This document shows, one piece after another, positions 48,875-58,521 of a stretch of DNA of 58,521 bases. A program made the translations under genes and the position numbers. Each line of letters begins with the position of its first letter. The first letter of the stretch is position 1. The stretch lies in NCBI GenBank assembly GCA_011524605.1, contig WTKA01000037.1, forward strand, positions 1 to 58,521, read 5' to 3'. Origin of the DNA: Hyphomicrobiales bacterium. Lineage in GTDB: Bacteria > Pseudomonadota > Alphaproteobacteria > Rhizobiales > WTKA01. The notes beneath the pieces are model-generated. The model saw nothing but the letters and a program-made list of their open reading frames with translations, had not been told where the DNA came from and searched no databases.

Positions 48875-49624
48875 ATGGAAAATACGATTGCAATTCTCTT
48901 AGCAGCTGGATCTGGCGCTAGATTACCTTTAGAAAAAAATGAAAAAAAGCAATTTCATACTCTAAACAAGCACCCACTTTATCAATGGTCTTTATGCGCT
49001 TTTTTAAAAAACCCTAATATTTCACGCGTTATTCTTGTTTGCCCTAAAGCAGACATCAATGCAATACGAGATCAAATTACTCAATCTGAGCTGCCAATAC
49101 AAGTTCAAAAAGATAAGGTGATCGATATTATATCTGGAGGAGAAACCAGAGCCCATTCAGCTTTCTTAGCGCTGAAGCATATTAAAACATTAAGAGATAG
49201 CTTCCTTACAAACACAAAATATATTGCCATTCATGATGCTGCACGGGCTTATCTTACGCAAAAGCTGCTATCTCACTTATTTGAGAATATAGAAGATAAT
49301 GAATGCGTTATCCCTTCACTGCCCTTAACTGATACCGTAAAACGGATAAATAATGACAATCTTGTATTAGAAACGCCCCCAAGGCAAGAATTAGTCAATG
49401 TCCAAACCCCGCAGCTATGCCATTTAAACCCTGCAATAGAAGCCTTTGAAAAAATAGATCTCTTAGACCCAACTCTAACAGATGATGCTTCTATTTTAGA
49501 AAAAGCAGGCTATAAGGTGAAATGTATATTAGGTGATAAGAAGTTAATGAAGATAACCTATCCAGGTGATTTTGAGAGAATGGAAGTCATTATGTCTGAC
49601 TATCCGCTCTTTGAGGATGAATAA
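48875..49624 (+). CDS. ispD: 2-C-methyl-D-erythritol 4-phosphate cytidylyltransferase (stand-alone IspD)
   Basis: 249-aa ORF with an N-terminal [12 protein letters not shown] nucleotide-binding loop, plus IHDAARA and VQTPQ motifs. Confidence 0.85.
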   Translation: MENTIAILLAAGSGARLPLEKNEKKQFHTLNKHPLYQWSLCAFLKNPNISRVILVCPKADINAIRDQITQSELPIQVQKDKVIDIISGGETRAHSAFLALKHIKTLRDSFLTNTKYIAIHDAARAYLTQKLLSHLFENIEDNECVIPSLPLTDTVKRINNDNLVLETPPRQELVNVQTPQLCHLNPAIEAFEKIDLLDPTLTDDASILEKAGYKVKCILGDKKLMKITYPGDFERMEVIMSDYPLFEDE

Positions 49625-49625
49625 A

Positions 49626-50123
49626 ATGAATGCTATGCAATATGAATTTAGAACAGGCAATGGTTATGATGTGCATGCTTTTGAGGAAGGCGCTGCTGTT
49701 ATATTATGCGGCATCTCAATACCGCATAAATATAAATTAAAAGGCCATTCAGATGCTGATGTTGCGATGCATGCTCTAACCGATGCAATATATGGGGCAT
49801 TAGCAGATGGGGATATAGGCACCCATTTCCCCCCTTCAGACCCCCAGTGGAAAGGTGCGCCTTCTGATATTTTTTTAAGCCATGCCAATAAGCTAATCAT
49901 TGAGAGAGAAGGCAAACTTATTCATGCTGATATTACCATCATCTGTGAATATCCAAAAATCTCGCCCCACTGCCTAGCCATGAAAAAACAGTTAAGCGAT
50001 ATATTAAGCTTAGATATGGATCGCATCTCTGTGAAGGCAACAACATCTGAGAAATTAGGCTTTACAGGGAGAGAGGAAGGTATTGCCTCTATTGCAACAG
50101 CCACTATTGCCCTTCCCTTTTAA
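49626..50123 (+). CDS. ispF: 2-C-methyl-D-erythritol 2,4-cyclodiphosphate synthase (stand-alone IspF)
   Basis: GNGYDVHAF and [12 protein letters not shown] zinc-ligand motifs. GAGGA lies 8 nt upstream of the ATG at 49626, and the ispD stop is at 49622-49624. The frame is open back to 49566, and an alternative ATG at 49617 overlaps ispD. Confidence 0.85.
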   Translation: MNAMQYEFRTGNGYDVHAFEEGAAVILCGISIPHKYKLKGHSDADVAMHALTDAIYGALADGDIGTHFPPSDPQWKGAPSDIFLSHANKLIIEREGKLIHADITIICEYPKISPHCLAMKKQLSDILSLDMDRISVKATTSEKLGFTGREEGIASIATATIALPF

Positions 50124-50175
50124 AGTTATATATTAGGGCATCAACCATCTTAAAATTGTTATAAGATAGCTTTAC

Positions 50176-50694
50176 ATGTTTTCACAAACCTCCCTTACCC
50201 TTGCGCACAATGTCATTACACTGGCTAATCAACATAATATTAAGATCATAACAGCTGAATCATGTACTTCTGGGCTCGTTGCAGCAACATTAACAGCAAT
50301 CCCTGGGGCGTCAACATGCGTCGAAGGGGGGGTGATCACTTATTCAAATCAACTAAAACAAGATTATCTAGGTGTATTAGAAAATAGCATTATTCAATAT
50401 GGCGCAGTGAGTGAGCAAGTCGCGCAAGAGATGGCCTTAGGCGCTTTAGCAAACAAGACAAGTAAATATTTATCTATCTCTGTAACAGGCATTGCTGGAC
50501 CTGGAGGCGGCACAAAAAACAAACCTGTAGGTACAGTCTGCTTTGCAATCGGACATCAAAATAATATAATTATCTCAAAACGCCAATGTTTTAACACAGT
50601 TTTTCAGAAAGATGGTCGTGAAGGCGTTAGATCAGAATCAGTAAAATATTGCTTACAAGAGATAATATCTTATTTAAAGTCGCTCTCATTATAA
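50176..50694 (+). CDS. CinA-family protein (PncC-type nicotinamide-nucleotide amidohydrolase domain)
   Basis: 172-aa ORF with AESCTSGLVAA and GIAGPGGG motifs typical of the CinA C-terminal domain. Confidence 0.8.
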   Translation: MFSQTSLTLAHNVITLANQHNIKIITAESCTSGLVAATLTAIPGASTCVEGGVITYSNQLKQDYLGVLENSIIQYGAVSEQVAQEMALGALANKTSKYLSISVTGIAGPGGGTKNKPVGTVCFAIGHQNNIIISKRQCFNTVFQKDGREGVRSESVKYCLQEIISYLKSLSL

Positions 50695-50948
50695 ATAATT
50701 TGTAAGATTCTTTTATTAAAACCATTAATAGGCACAATTATTTATATATATATACGAATATCTACATCTTAAAAAATATAATATATATTAAATTTCACTA
50801 TAAATGTTGAGAAATTGACACAATATTTAATAAATTATGACTATGTATCAGAAAAAAGTGAAGTTTAACTTGAAAATATAATAAAACGGCTGCAATGTCG
50901 CGCTTAGCAAATAAAAATTAACTATAATAAAGACCCAAGGCTTATCTT

Positions 50949-51209
50949 ATGGCATCGGAAAAATCTCACAATCTGCAAGACACTTTTTTAAATGGTGTTA
51001 GAAAAGCAAAAATATCGGTTACAATTTTCTTAGTAAATGGCGTAAAATTACAGGGTATAGTCACTTGGTTTGATAACTTTTGCGTTCTACTTAGACGCGA
51101 CGGCCACTCTCAACTTGTTTATAAGCATGCAATATCAACAATTATGCCTGCCTCACCTATCCCAACCTTTGAAAATCATGGTGATGAAGAAGAAACTTCT
51201 GAATCATGA
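50949..51209 (+). CDS. hfq: RNA chaperone Hfq
   Basis: 86-aa ORF with Sm1/Sm2 motifs: [10 protein letters not shown]...[13 protein letters not shown]...FDNFCVLL...[13 protein letters not shown]. Confidence 0.95.
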   Translation: MASEKSHNLQDTFLNGVRKAKISVTIFLVNGVKLQGIVTWFDNFCVLLRRDGHSQLVYKHAISTIMPASPIPTFENHGDEEETSES

Positions 51210-51291
51210 TTTTTACTATCATTGATTTACCTTAACTATATGACAGCTAATACCATAATTATAATTTGCGTAAAAATAAGGAATTATTTTT

Positions 51292-52656
51292 ATGGAGAAT
51301 GATAAAAGCAATGAAATTAGTCTTGCCTATGGCAAGAAAGAAATTTCGCTTGATGCTGCTCATTTTATCCTCATATGTCCTGAGATATATGAGAGAAATA
51401 GCCAAGAAGCTATTTTGCGTACAGCAGAAGAAAAGAAGGAAGAGGCGAGCAGGCTTGTTAATGCTCTAGGTGTTAGTTTGAAATATATATATCAAGCTAA
51501 CATCAGAAAAGTTAATCCTAAAACTTTTCTTACTGAAGGCCATATAGATAATCTTGCTGAAATTATAGCAGAACATGATGCGCAAGTTGCCGTAGTAGAC
51601 ACAACGATAACACCTGTACAACAACGCAATCTAGAAAAAATACTGAAAATCAAAGTATTGGATCGCACAGGCCTAATTTTGGAAATTTTTGGAGATCGCG
51701 CCCTTACCAAAGAAGGGCGTCTACAAGTAGAATTAGCACATTTAATTTATCAAAAAAGTCGTTTAGTTCGCACCTGGACGCATCTTGAAAGGCAAAGGGG
51801 TGGTTTAAGCTTCGTTGGTGGCCCCGGTGAAAGCCAGCTAGAATCTGACAGACGACAAATTCAAACAAGAATCTTACAGCTTACTCAACATCTTGAAAAA
51901 GTTAGAAAAACACGAGCCTTACATAGAAAAGGACGTGATGCCGTCCCCTTCCCCGTTGTTGCTCTCGTTGGCTATACAAATGCAGGGAAATCTACTTTAT
52001 TCAATAAACTCTCTGACTCGAGCGTTCTAGCAAAAGACATGCTCTTTGCAACGCTAGATCCAACAGCACGCAAAGTCTGCCTACCTTCAGGTCAAGAAAT
52101 CATTATGACCGATACAGTAGGCTTTATTTCTAATCTTCCCACACAACTAGTTGAAGCATTCAAAGCGACACTGGAAGAAGTAGAAACTGCAGATATCATC
52201 TTGCATGTTAGAGATATGAGCTCATCTGCAAAAGAAGCTGAAAATCAAGATGTCATTTCTATATTAGCTCAATTAGGGATTGATGTGAACGAAGATCATC
52301 GTGTCATTGAAGTTTGGAATAAATCAGACGTCTTGTCAGAAGACGAAAGGCAAGCTTTAACAGAACGAATTTCAAAATTAATGAGCACGCGTACGGATTT
52401 AATTGCTTCTCCAGCGCCTGTACTTATTTCATCCTTTTTGGGGGATGGATTTGACGTCTTAGAAGACAGGATAGATCAAATTATAGGTCGTGATGACATT
52501 CAGATGACAATTACTTTAGCCCCTTCAGAAGGAAAAAAATACGCTTGGCTATGCGAAAGAGCAAACATCATATCAGAAACATTTGATGAAAATTATAATC
52601 GTATACTAAACTTGAAGGTGAATAAGAAATTCATAAAACCTTTAGAAGACATTTAA
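51292..52656 (+). CDS. hflX: GTPase HflX
   Basis: 454-aa ORF with the HflX N-domain, G1 GYTNAGKST, G3 DTVGF and G4 NKSD. It is immediately downstream of hfq. Confidence 0.9.
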   Translation: MENDKSNEISLAYGKKEISLDAAHFILICPEIYERNSQEAILRTAEEKKEEASRLVNALGVSLKYIYQANIRKVNPKTFLTEGHIDNLAEIIAEHDAQVAVVDTTITPVQQRNLEKILKIKVLDRTGLILEIFGDRALTKEGRLQVELAHLIYQKSRLVRTWTHLERQRGGLSFVGGPGESQLESDRRQIQTRILQLTQHLEKVRKTRALHRKGRDAVPFPVVALVGYTNAGKSTLFNKLSDSSVLAKDMLFATLDPTARKVCLPSGQEIIMTDTVGFISNLPTQLVEAFKATLEEVETADIILHVRDMSSSAKEAENQDVISILAQLGIDVNEDHRVIEVWNKSDVLSEDERQALTERISKLMSTRTDLIASPAPVLISSFLGDGFDVLEDRIDQIIGRDDIQMTITLAPSEGKKYAWLCERANIISETFDENYNRILNLKVNKKFIKPLEDI

Positions 52657-52894
52657 ACAATATTTTTGTGTCATAATTTAAATTTTCCAGCCCATTCATA
52701 CTTTAGAATCATGAGTATTTTATATGCACATATCTACTGCATCTAAAATACGCACGAAACTAGTGCGCCTATTTTATAGGCAACAAATCTAAAATGAAGG
52801 CAAAAAAACTTTGCAATAGGAAAATTTAGATTTTTTCTAATAAAAAAGTATAATAAAAACTCAAAAACAGTCTATATTTCGCAAATAAATTACC

Positions 52895-52922
52895 AAAACT
52901 TGCTTGACGCGAGTTTTTTTTT
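52895..52922 (+). terminator. Intrinsic terminator about 240 nt downstream of hflX
   Basis: Stem CTTGC/GCGAG (52899-52903 / 52909-52913, one G-U pair) extended by A/T pairs, with a 5-nt loop followed by nine T residues. Confidence 0.5.
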
Positions 52923-52938
52923 ATTCTTGAATGTATGT

Positions 52939-52958
52939 ATTGCATATCAATATGCAAT
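52939..52958. promoter_or_regulatory. Perfect palindrome ATTGCATAT-CA-ATATGCAAT upstream of aapJ (operator candidate)
   Basis: Two 9-bp perfect inverted arms with a 2-nt spacer. The element ends 37 nt upstream of the aapJ ATG, within the expected promoter region. Confidence 0.35.
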
Positions 52959-52995
52959 TATATGAAAATTATTCAATTATGTTAAAGGGAAGCAA

Positions 52996-54012
52996 ATGAA
53001 TAAGTTGATGACAACTGCCATCGCAGGCGTAGCGTTTGGTTTAACAGCTTTTACAGCTAATGCAGCAACATTAGATGATGTTAAAGCTAAAGGTTTTGTA
53101 CAATGCGGTATCAGCCAAGGTCTACCTGGATTTTCTAATCCTGATTCTGACGGAAACTGGGTTGGTCTAGATGTTGACGTTTGTCGTGCAGTTGCTGCGG
53201 CGATCTTCGGTGATTCTGAAGCAGTAAAATATACGCCACTTTCTTCTAAAGAGCGTTTCACTGCACTTCAGTCTGGTGAAGTAGACGTGCTTTCACGTAA
53301 CACTACTTGGACTATGACGCGTGATGCTAACCTAGGTCTAAACTTTGCTGGCGTTAACTATTATGACGGTCAAGGTTTCATGGTTCGTAAGTCTCTAGGT
53401 GTTGCTTCAACACTAGAACTTTCTGGCGCTGCTGTATGTACACAAACAGGTACAACTACAGAACTAAACATCGCTGACTATTTCTTAGAAAATGGCATGG
53501 AATATGAAGTTGTAGCGTTTGAAAAAGCTGCAGAAGTTGTTGCTGCATACGATGCTGGTCGTTGTGATGTATACTCAACAGACGCTTCTGGCCTTTATGC
53601 TAACCGTCTTCGTTTAACAAACCCAGATGAGCACATGGTTCTACCAGAAATCATTTCTAAAGAGCCTCTTGGACCAGTTGTTCGCCAAGGTGATGACCAG
53701 TGGTTCAACATTGTTCGTTGGTCTTTAAACGCAATGATCAATGCTGAAGAAATGGGCATTACATCTGCAAATATCGACAGCAAAATGGGCGGTAAAAACC
53801 CTGGTGTTCAGCGTTTCCTAGGCGAAACAGGCACTTTCGGTGAAATGATTGGTGTACCAAGCGATTGGGCTGTAAACATCGTCAAGCAAGTTGGTAACTA
53901 CGGCGAATCTTTCGACAAGCATGTAGGTCCAGACACACCTCTAGCAATTGCACGTGGTGTAAACGCTCTTTGGTCTAAAGGCGGCATCTTATACGCTGCT
54001 CCAATTCGCTAA
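52996..54012 (+). CDS. aapJ: General L-amino acid ABC transporter substrate-binding protein
   Basis: 338-aa ORF with a signal peptide (AFGLTAFTANAA). AapJ/BztA-like size and sequence, and first gene of a J-Q-M-P cluster. Confidence 0.82.
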   Translation: MNKLMTTAIAGVAFGLTAFTANAATLDDVKAKGFVQCGISQGLPGFSNPDSDGNWVGLDVDVCRAVAAAIFGDSEAVKYTPLSSKERFTALQSGEVDVLSRNTTWTMTRDANLGLNFAGVNYYDGQGFMVRKSLGVASTLELSGAAVCTQTGTTTELNIADYFLENGMEYEVVAFEKAAEVVAAYDAGRCDVYSTDASGLYANRLRLTNPDEHMVLPEIISKEPLGPVVRQGDDQWFNIVRWSLNAMINAEEMGITSANIDSKMGGKNPGVQRFLGETGTFGEMIGVPSDWAVNIVKQVGNYGESFDKHVGPDTPLAIARGVNALWSKGGILYAAPIR

Positions 54013-54024
54013 TATATCTTTATA

Positions 54025-54059
54025 CTTGGGCGTGCCATTAGTGCGCCCAAGTTTTTTTA
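54025..54059 (+). terminator. Intrinsic terminator/attenuator between aapJ and aapQ
   Basis: 8-bp GC-rich stem CTTGGGCG / CGCCCAAG (54025-54032 / 54044-54051) followed by TTTTTTT. This placement is typical when the binding-protein gene is expressed in excess of the permease genes. Confidence 0.7.
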
Positions 54060-54122
54060 TATGTAAGCTTCAATGCCTATATCTAAAGCTTTCTAAATCA
54101 GTTTAGTCAATGGTGTGCAGTT

Positions 54123-55301
54123 ATGTCGTCTCCTCAAAACTCCTTCTCATTGCGAAAAATTGTTTATGACCCCAAAATACGAGGTCTATTTTTTCAAACA
54201 ATATTATTCGCTCTCCTCCTCTATTTTTTCTACTCAATCATCACAAATACGGTTGAAAATCTCCAATCTCGCGGCATCCCAATTGGTTTTGGCTTTCTAG
54301 ATAATGCTTCAGGGTTTCCAGTTTCATTTAAGCTAATTAGCTATATTACTAGTGATAGCAATGCAAAACTCATTCTTGTTGGTTTATTAAATACTCTTTT
54401 TGTCGCTGTTTTAGGCATTATCACAGCAACTATTTTAGGTTTAATTTTTGGCGTTATGCGCCTTTCAAAAAATTCAATAATTTCAGCCATTGCAACAGTC
54501 TACATAGAAGTTTTAAGAAATATCCCGTTATTAGTACAAATTCTCTTATTATACTATGGTGTACTCAAGACCTTACCTCTTGCCAAAGATAGCTTATCTT
54601 TTTTAGGTATTTTCTTTGCAAACATTAAGGGTATATCAGTTCCAACAATTAGTTTTGGCTCAGCAGAAACACCCTTTATTATTTCTATTATAGTCGCTTT
54701 AATAATTATGGTGGCTTTACGATTATGGTCAAGAAAAAGACAAGAAAAGACAGGGCAACAGTTCCCAGCAACTAAAATTGGTTTTGCAATTCTAATAGGG
54801 TTGCCTTTGCTGATACTTATAGCTTCTGGTTGGCCTGTAGAAGTTAGCATTCCGGAATTAGGGCGATTTTCTCTCAAAGGCGGCATGACTATCTCCCCTG
54901 AGTTTATTGCACTCTATTTAGCGCTCTCTATTTATACATCAGCTTTCATTGCTGAGACTGTTAGAGCGGGAATTATGTCAGTATCTCATGGACAAACTGA
55001 AGCATCAGATTCTTTAGGATTACCAAGAAATAAAACGCTAAACTTGATTATCATTCCTCAAGCACTACGCGTCATCATCCCGCCTCTCACAAGTCAATAT
55101 CTTAACTTAACAAAGAACTCATCATTAGCAGTTGCCATTGGATATACAGATTTATTCGCAAGCGCTGGCGGTGTGTTAAATATTACAGGTCAAGCGCTTG
55201 AGCTTATTGCGATAACAATGACATTCTATCTATTATTCAGCTTATTAACTTCTATGTTTATGAACTGGTATAATAGCCGAATTAAATTAGTTGAGCGCTA
55301 G
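54123..55301 (+). CDS. aapQ: General L-amino acid ABC transporter permease AapQ
   Basis: 392-aa polytopic ORF with the EAA-loop-like region AETVRAGIMSVSHGQTEASDSLGL. Confidence 0.8.
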   Translation: MSSPQNSFSLRKIVYDPKIRGLFFQTILFALLLYFFYSIITNTVENLQSRGIPIGFGFLDNASGFPVSFKLISYITSDSNAKLILVGLLNTLFVAVLGIITATILGLIFGVMRLSKNSIISAIATVYIEVLRNIPLLVQILLLYYGVLKTLPLAKDSLSFLGIFFANIKGISVPTISFGSAETPFIISIIVALIIMVALRLWSRKRQEKTGQQFPATKIGFAILIGLPLLILIASGWPVEVSIPELGRFSLKGGMTISPEFIALYLALSIYTSAFIAETVRAGIMSVSHGQTEASDSLGLPRNKTLNLIIIPQALRVIIPPLTSQYLNLTKNSSLAVAIGYTDLFASAGGVLNITGQALELIAITMTFYLLFSLLTSMFMNWYNSRIKLVER

Positions 55302-55310
55302 GAGTAAATA

Positions 55311-56657
55311 ATGTCAGAATATTTTATTAGAAGCACTATGCTTGACGCTAAACAAGCACCCAAATCTAACGTAGGCATTGTTGGTTGGTTACAAAAAAAT
55401 GTTTTTTCTTCTCCGCTAAATATAATTCTTACTGTCGTGGGATTATTTGTAAGCTACATGACCATAAAAGCCTTAGCAGACTTTGTATTTTTTAATGCGG
55501 TCTTCGATGCTACAAATGGTCAAGAATGTCGCCCCGCAGATGGAGAGCCAGGTGGCGCTTGTTGGTCTTTCATACAAGTGTTTTTCAAACAATATGTTTA
55601 TGGAAGATATCCAACAGAAGAGCTATGGCGACCTGATATTGTCTTTATATTAGGGGCTGCTTTGTTAATACCTTTACTAATACCTAAGGCACCATTTAAA
55701 GCAGTAAATTCCTTCTTATTTTTCGTAATCTACCCATTTTTAACGCTGATACTTTTAAGTGGTGGTGATTTTGTAATAACAGGTTTTTTCATCCCTTTCA
55801 TTGATCTATTTGGAAAGACACAAGGTAATTTCATATTTGAACTGTCTATAGTAACCGCCCTCATTTGCGCTGCTATTTACTTTTTCGGTAAAAGTGTTGG
55901 CGAAGATATGAAGTCAACTATGTTAAGTATCGTAGTAGTTGCCGTAATCATCGCAGTTATTGGTTTGATGCTTTCTTCTAACTTTGGTTTAGAAGTCATT
56001 GAGACTGATATATGGGGTGGCTTCTTAGTGACTTTGGTTGTAGCCATTACAGGGATCGTTTTATCTTTACCAATAGGCATTATATTAGCGCTTGGTAGAC
56101 AGTCTAAACTCCCTGTAATCAAATTTCTTTGTGTTGTTTTCATTGAATTTTGGCGTGGTGTTCCACTAATCACTATTCTGTTTATGGCGCAAAATATGAT
56201 CCCGCTATTCTTACCTGAAGGTGGCGAAGCAGTTGACAATCTATTAAGAGCCTTAATTGGTGTAACTTTGTTTGCCTCAGCTTACATGGCGGAAGTCGTA
56301 CGTGGTGGCCTGCAAGCCTTGCCTAAAGGCCAATATGAAGGTGCACAGTCGCTTGGTCTAACCTACTGGCAAATGATGGTGAAAATTATTCTACCACAAG
56401 CCCTAAAGCATGTGATCCCAGGCATTGTGAATACATTCATTGGTCTATTTAAGGATACAACACTTGTTTATATTGTCGGTATTTTTGATCTACTAGGAAC
56501 AGTTAAAGCAACAATTGAAAATCCTGAATGGATCTTCCCATTACAAGCTATGACAGGCTATGTTTTTGTTGCCTTTGTATTCTTTATCTTCTGTTTTGGA
56601 ATGTCTCGCTATTCAATCTTTATGGAAAGACATTTGCATACAGGCCATAGTCGATAA
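55311..56657 (+). CDS. aapM: General L-amino acid ABC transporter permease AapM
   Basis: 448-aa polytopic ORF with an N-terminal Cys pair (CRPADGEPGGACW) and EAA loop AEVVRGGLQALPKGQYEGAQSLGL. Confidence 0.8.
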   Translation: MSEYFIRSTMLDAKQAPKSNVGIVGWLQKNVFSSPLNIILTVVGLFVSYMTIKALADFVFFNAVFDATNGQECRPADGEPGGACWSFIQVFFKQYVYGRYPTEELWRPDIVFILGAALLIPLLIPKAPFKAVNSFLFFVIYPFLTLILLSGGDFVITGFFIPFIDLFGKTQGNFIFELSIVTALICAAIYFFGKSVGEDMKSTMLSIVVVAVIIAVIGLMLSSNFGLEVIETDIWGGFLVTLVVAITGIVLSLPIGIILALGRQSKLPVIKFLCVVFIEFWRGVPLITILFMAQNMIPLFLPEGGEAVDNLLRALIGVTLFASAYMAEVVRGGLQALPKGQYEGAQSLGLTYWQMMVKIILPQALKHVIPGIVNTFIGLFKDTTLVYIVGIFDLLGTVKATIENPEWIFPLQAMTGYVFVAFVFFIFCFGMSRYSIFMERHLHTGHSR

Positions 56658-56712
56658 AATAGCCCGTGAAAAAATGAACATAATTTTAAATTTAGTAAAT
56701 TAGGTGAATAAA

Positions 56713-57447
56713 ATGACTGATTTAGCAGTTAAAATGAAAAATGTGAATAAATGGTACGGCCAATTTCATGTTTTACGCGATGTAAACCTAGATGTAAAAA
56801 AGCAAGAAAAAATCGTAATCTGCGGCCCTTCTGGTTCAGGTAAATCTACTTTAATCCGTTGTATTAATCGTTTAGAAGAGCATCAGGAAGGCGATATCAT
56901 CGTCAACGGTACTGAGCTTACAAATGATTTGAAAAAGATTGATGAGATCCGCAAGGACGTAGGTATGGTGTTCCAACACTTTAATCTATTTCCACATCTG
57001 ACAATTTTGGAAAATTGTACGCTAGCGCCAATTTGGGTAAAGAAAATGCCTAAAGCGGAAGCCGAAGCAATTGCTATGAAATATCTTGAGCGAGTTCGTA
57101 TTCCAGAACAAGCAAATAAATTCCCTGGTCAGCTTTCAGGTGGTCAACAGCAACGCGTGGCTATTGCTCGTTCTTTATGTATGAACCCTGAAACTATGCT
57201 CTTTGATGAGCCTACATCAGCGCTTGATCCTGAGATGATTAAAGAAGTGCTTGAAGTTATGGTTGATCTTGCTAACGAAGGCATGACAATGCTTTGCGTA
57301 ACCCATGAGATGAATTTTGCACGTCAAGTTGCGGACCGTGTAATTTTCATGGATCAGGGTCAAATTATTGAAGAGAATGAGCCAGAAGCATTCTTCAGCA
57401 ACCCTCAGCATGAGCGTACAAAACTCTTCTTAAGCCAAATTTTATAA
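56713..57447 (+). CDS. aapP: General L-amino acid ABC transporter ATP-binding protein AapP
   Basis: Walker [10 protein letters not shown], signature [13 protein letters not shown] and Walker [18 protein letters not shown] lies 5 nt upstream of the ATG at 56713. The track ORF begins at a GTG at 56704. Confidence 0.88.
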   Translation: MTDLAVKMKNVNKWYGQFHVLRDVNLDVKKQEKIVICGPSGSGKSTLIRCINRLEEHQEGDIIVNGTELTNDLKKIDEIRKDVGMVFQHFNLFPHLTILENCTLAPIWVKKMPKAEAEAIAMKYLERVRIPEQANKFPGQLSGGQQQRVAIARSLCMNPETMLFDEPTSALDPEMIKEVLEVMVDLANEGMTMLCVTHEMNFARQVADRVIFMDQGQIIEENEPEAFFSNPQHERTKLFLSQIL

Positions 57448-57472
57448 TATTAGGCTTTAAACTAGAATAAAG

Positions 57473-57499
57473 GGCTGGTGTTATTCACCGGCCTTTTTT
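57473..57499 (+). terminator. Intrinsic terminator of the aap operon
   Basis: 8-bp stem GGCTGGTG / CACCGGCC (one G-U) with a 5-nt loop, followed by TTTTTT. Confidence 0.75.
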
Positions 57500-57555
57500 A
57501 CTAGTAAAAATCATCTATTCCAATTTTATATTTCATGATATAGAATCTACAAAAG

Positions 57556-57632
<77 letters not shown>

Positions 57633-57682
57633 ATATTTTTGCATTTAGAATTATTTGGTACTTATACATTTTATAGCAAAAA

Positions 57683-58330
57683 TCAAATTTTCAACAAATT
57701 AGTAATATTTGGATATTCCGGTGAATGATCGCCTTCATGGTTACTCATTCCCGCTTTAGTCAGCGTTCCTCTAGGCGCTACGTAACTATCTATTCTGCGC
57801 TCAGGGTTTTCACGCCAAGTGATGTTAAATGCAGCATTTATTGGAAAGAAAAACATAGAATGATATGGCAAATTATCATGAATCCACCAAGCTAGTTCTG
57901 TCCAACAAGCAATACCACCGTTATTATTGTATATATCAGCGAACTTAGGCACGACAATAGAGACTGTAGCGCCTAAATTACCTTGGTTATCACGAATATC
58001 CCATATATGCCCTGCATAATTACTTTCATTAGAAGCACAGCTGTAGCCTTTTTTATTTTCACGCTGCATTTCATTACAAAATCCATTAACTTCCTTAGAT
58101 CGATATGCTGATCGAATAGCTATACGGCCAAAGCTATCCTGAAGAGGCTCTAATAAATTTTCGCAAAGTTGCTGCCCAGCTTCGATCAATAAATCTGGAT
58201 TTTCTGGTATATTTGGAATTCCATGAAAATTACCAACTTCACTGTAAAGAAATTCGCGCATGTAAAAGGACTTGGAAAGTCTAACACGACCTAAATCTTC
58301 TAAAGTAGTTATTGATTTAATTGGTCTCAT
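57683..58330 (-). CDS. Hypothetical protein with peptidase M15A-like (zinc D-Ala-D-Ala carboxypeptidase fold) N-terminal pattern
   Basis: 215-aa [17 protein letters not shown]...GIPNIPE...[24 protein letters not shown] follows the Peptidase_M15_3 pattern, but the downstream H/D metal motif is not clearly canonical. Confidence 0.4.
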   Translation of the reverse strand: MRPIKSITTLEDLGRVRLSKSFYMREFLYSEVGNFHGIPNIPENPDLLIEAGQQLCENLLEPLQDSFGRIAIRSAYRSKEVNGFCNEMQRENKKGYSCASNESNYAGHIWDIRDNQGNLGATVSIVVPKFADIYNNNGGIACWTELAWWIHDNLPYHSMFFFPINAAFNITWRENPERRIDSYVAPRGTLTKAGMSNHEGDHSPEYPNITNLLKI

Positions 58331-58410
58331 ATATCAATTCCTAAAGAGCTTTGAATATTGATAATATATCTATAAAAATCAAAAATTCTATCTTAGTTCT
58401 ATTACTCAAT

Positions 58411-58440
58411 AAAAAAGGGCTACATAAATAAGCAGCCCTT
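58411..58440 (-). terminator. Candidate minus-strand intrinsic terminator for a gene beyond the right edge
   Basis: GGGCT/AGCCC stem (58417-58421 / 58434-58438) preceded on the plus strand by AAAAAA, which is a T-run on the minus strand. The 12-nt loop is rather large. Confidence 0.35.
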
Positions 58441-58521
58441 TCTCGTTATACTATTCAGTGTAGCTTATCAATCTTTTGATTGATTAAAATATTTGAAAAA
58501 CTCGCTATTCGGTGACAGTAC

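Noticed and set aside
50743-50754. (TA)6 microsatellite in the cinA-hfq spacer
   Set aside because: It is short and expected in very AT-rich intergenic DNA. Nothing indicates phase-variable control.
51266-51469. 67-aa ORF overlapping the hflX start in another frame
   Set aside because: It is highly basic and low-complexity and fully overlaps the conserved hflX N-terminal coding region, so it is a shadow ORF.

Overview
Visibly AT-rich alphaproteobacterial chromosomal segment. The gene order looks Rhizobiales/Hyphomicrobiales-like: recJ-glpX-hom, ribF-ileS-lspA-M16 peptidases, dusB-ntrBC-ntrYX-trkAH, ispD/ispF-cinA, hfq-hflX, aapJQMP. I can support about 50 protein genes, 2 tRNAs and several intrinsic terminators, and most of the window is ordinary housekeeping. 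The standout is the 1.9-kb ribF-trmFO gap (about 30996-32774), which the ORF track shows as empty. It holds four tandem modules of about 360 bp spaced 450-480 bp apart. Each module has a 45-bp conserved upstream box fused to a sigma70-like promoter, a 48-codon DUF1127 micro-gene, and a 3' UTR with two hairpins whose loops carry CCUCCUCC-type anti-Shine-Dalgarno motifs (CcsR/cuckoo-sRNA-like). Secondary observations: (1) a ~280-bp MITE-like element whose inverted repeat overlaps the phaC stop codon, with shorter CTAGGNTCAGGA copies elsewhere; (2) an orphan ChrR-like anti-sigma/cupin gene with no adjacent rpoE, an eroded zinc motif and an ECF-type promoter look-alike; (3) a small ORF with an R-N-x3-H HEPN-like motif; (4) ispD and ispF as separate out-of-frame ORFs rather than the usual alphaproteobacterial fusion; (5) hfq-hflX displaced from the ntr-trk cluster; (6) a hydantoinase-like gene tightly linked to selO. 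All functional calls come from reading motifs by eye. No database search or folding computation was run.
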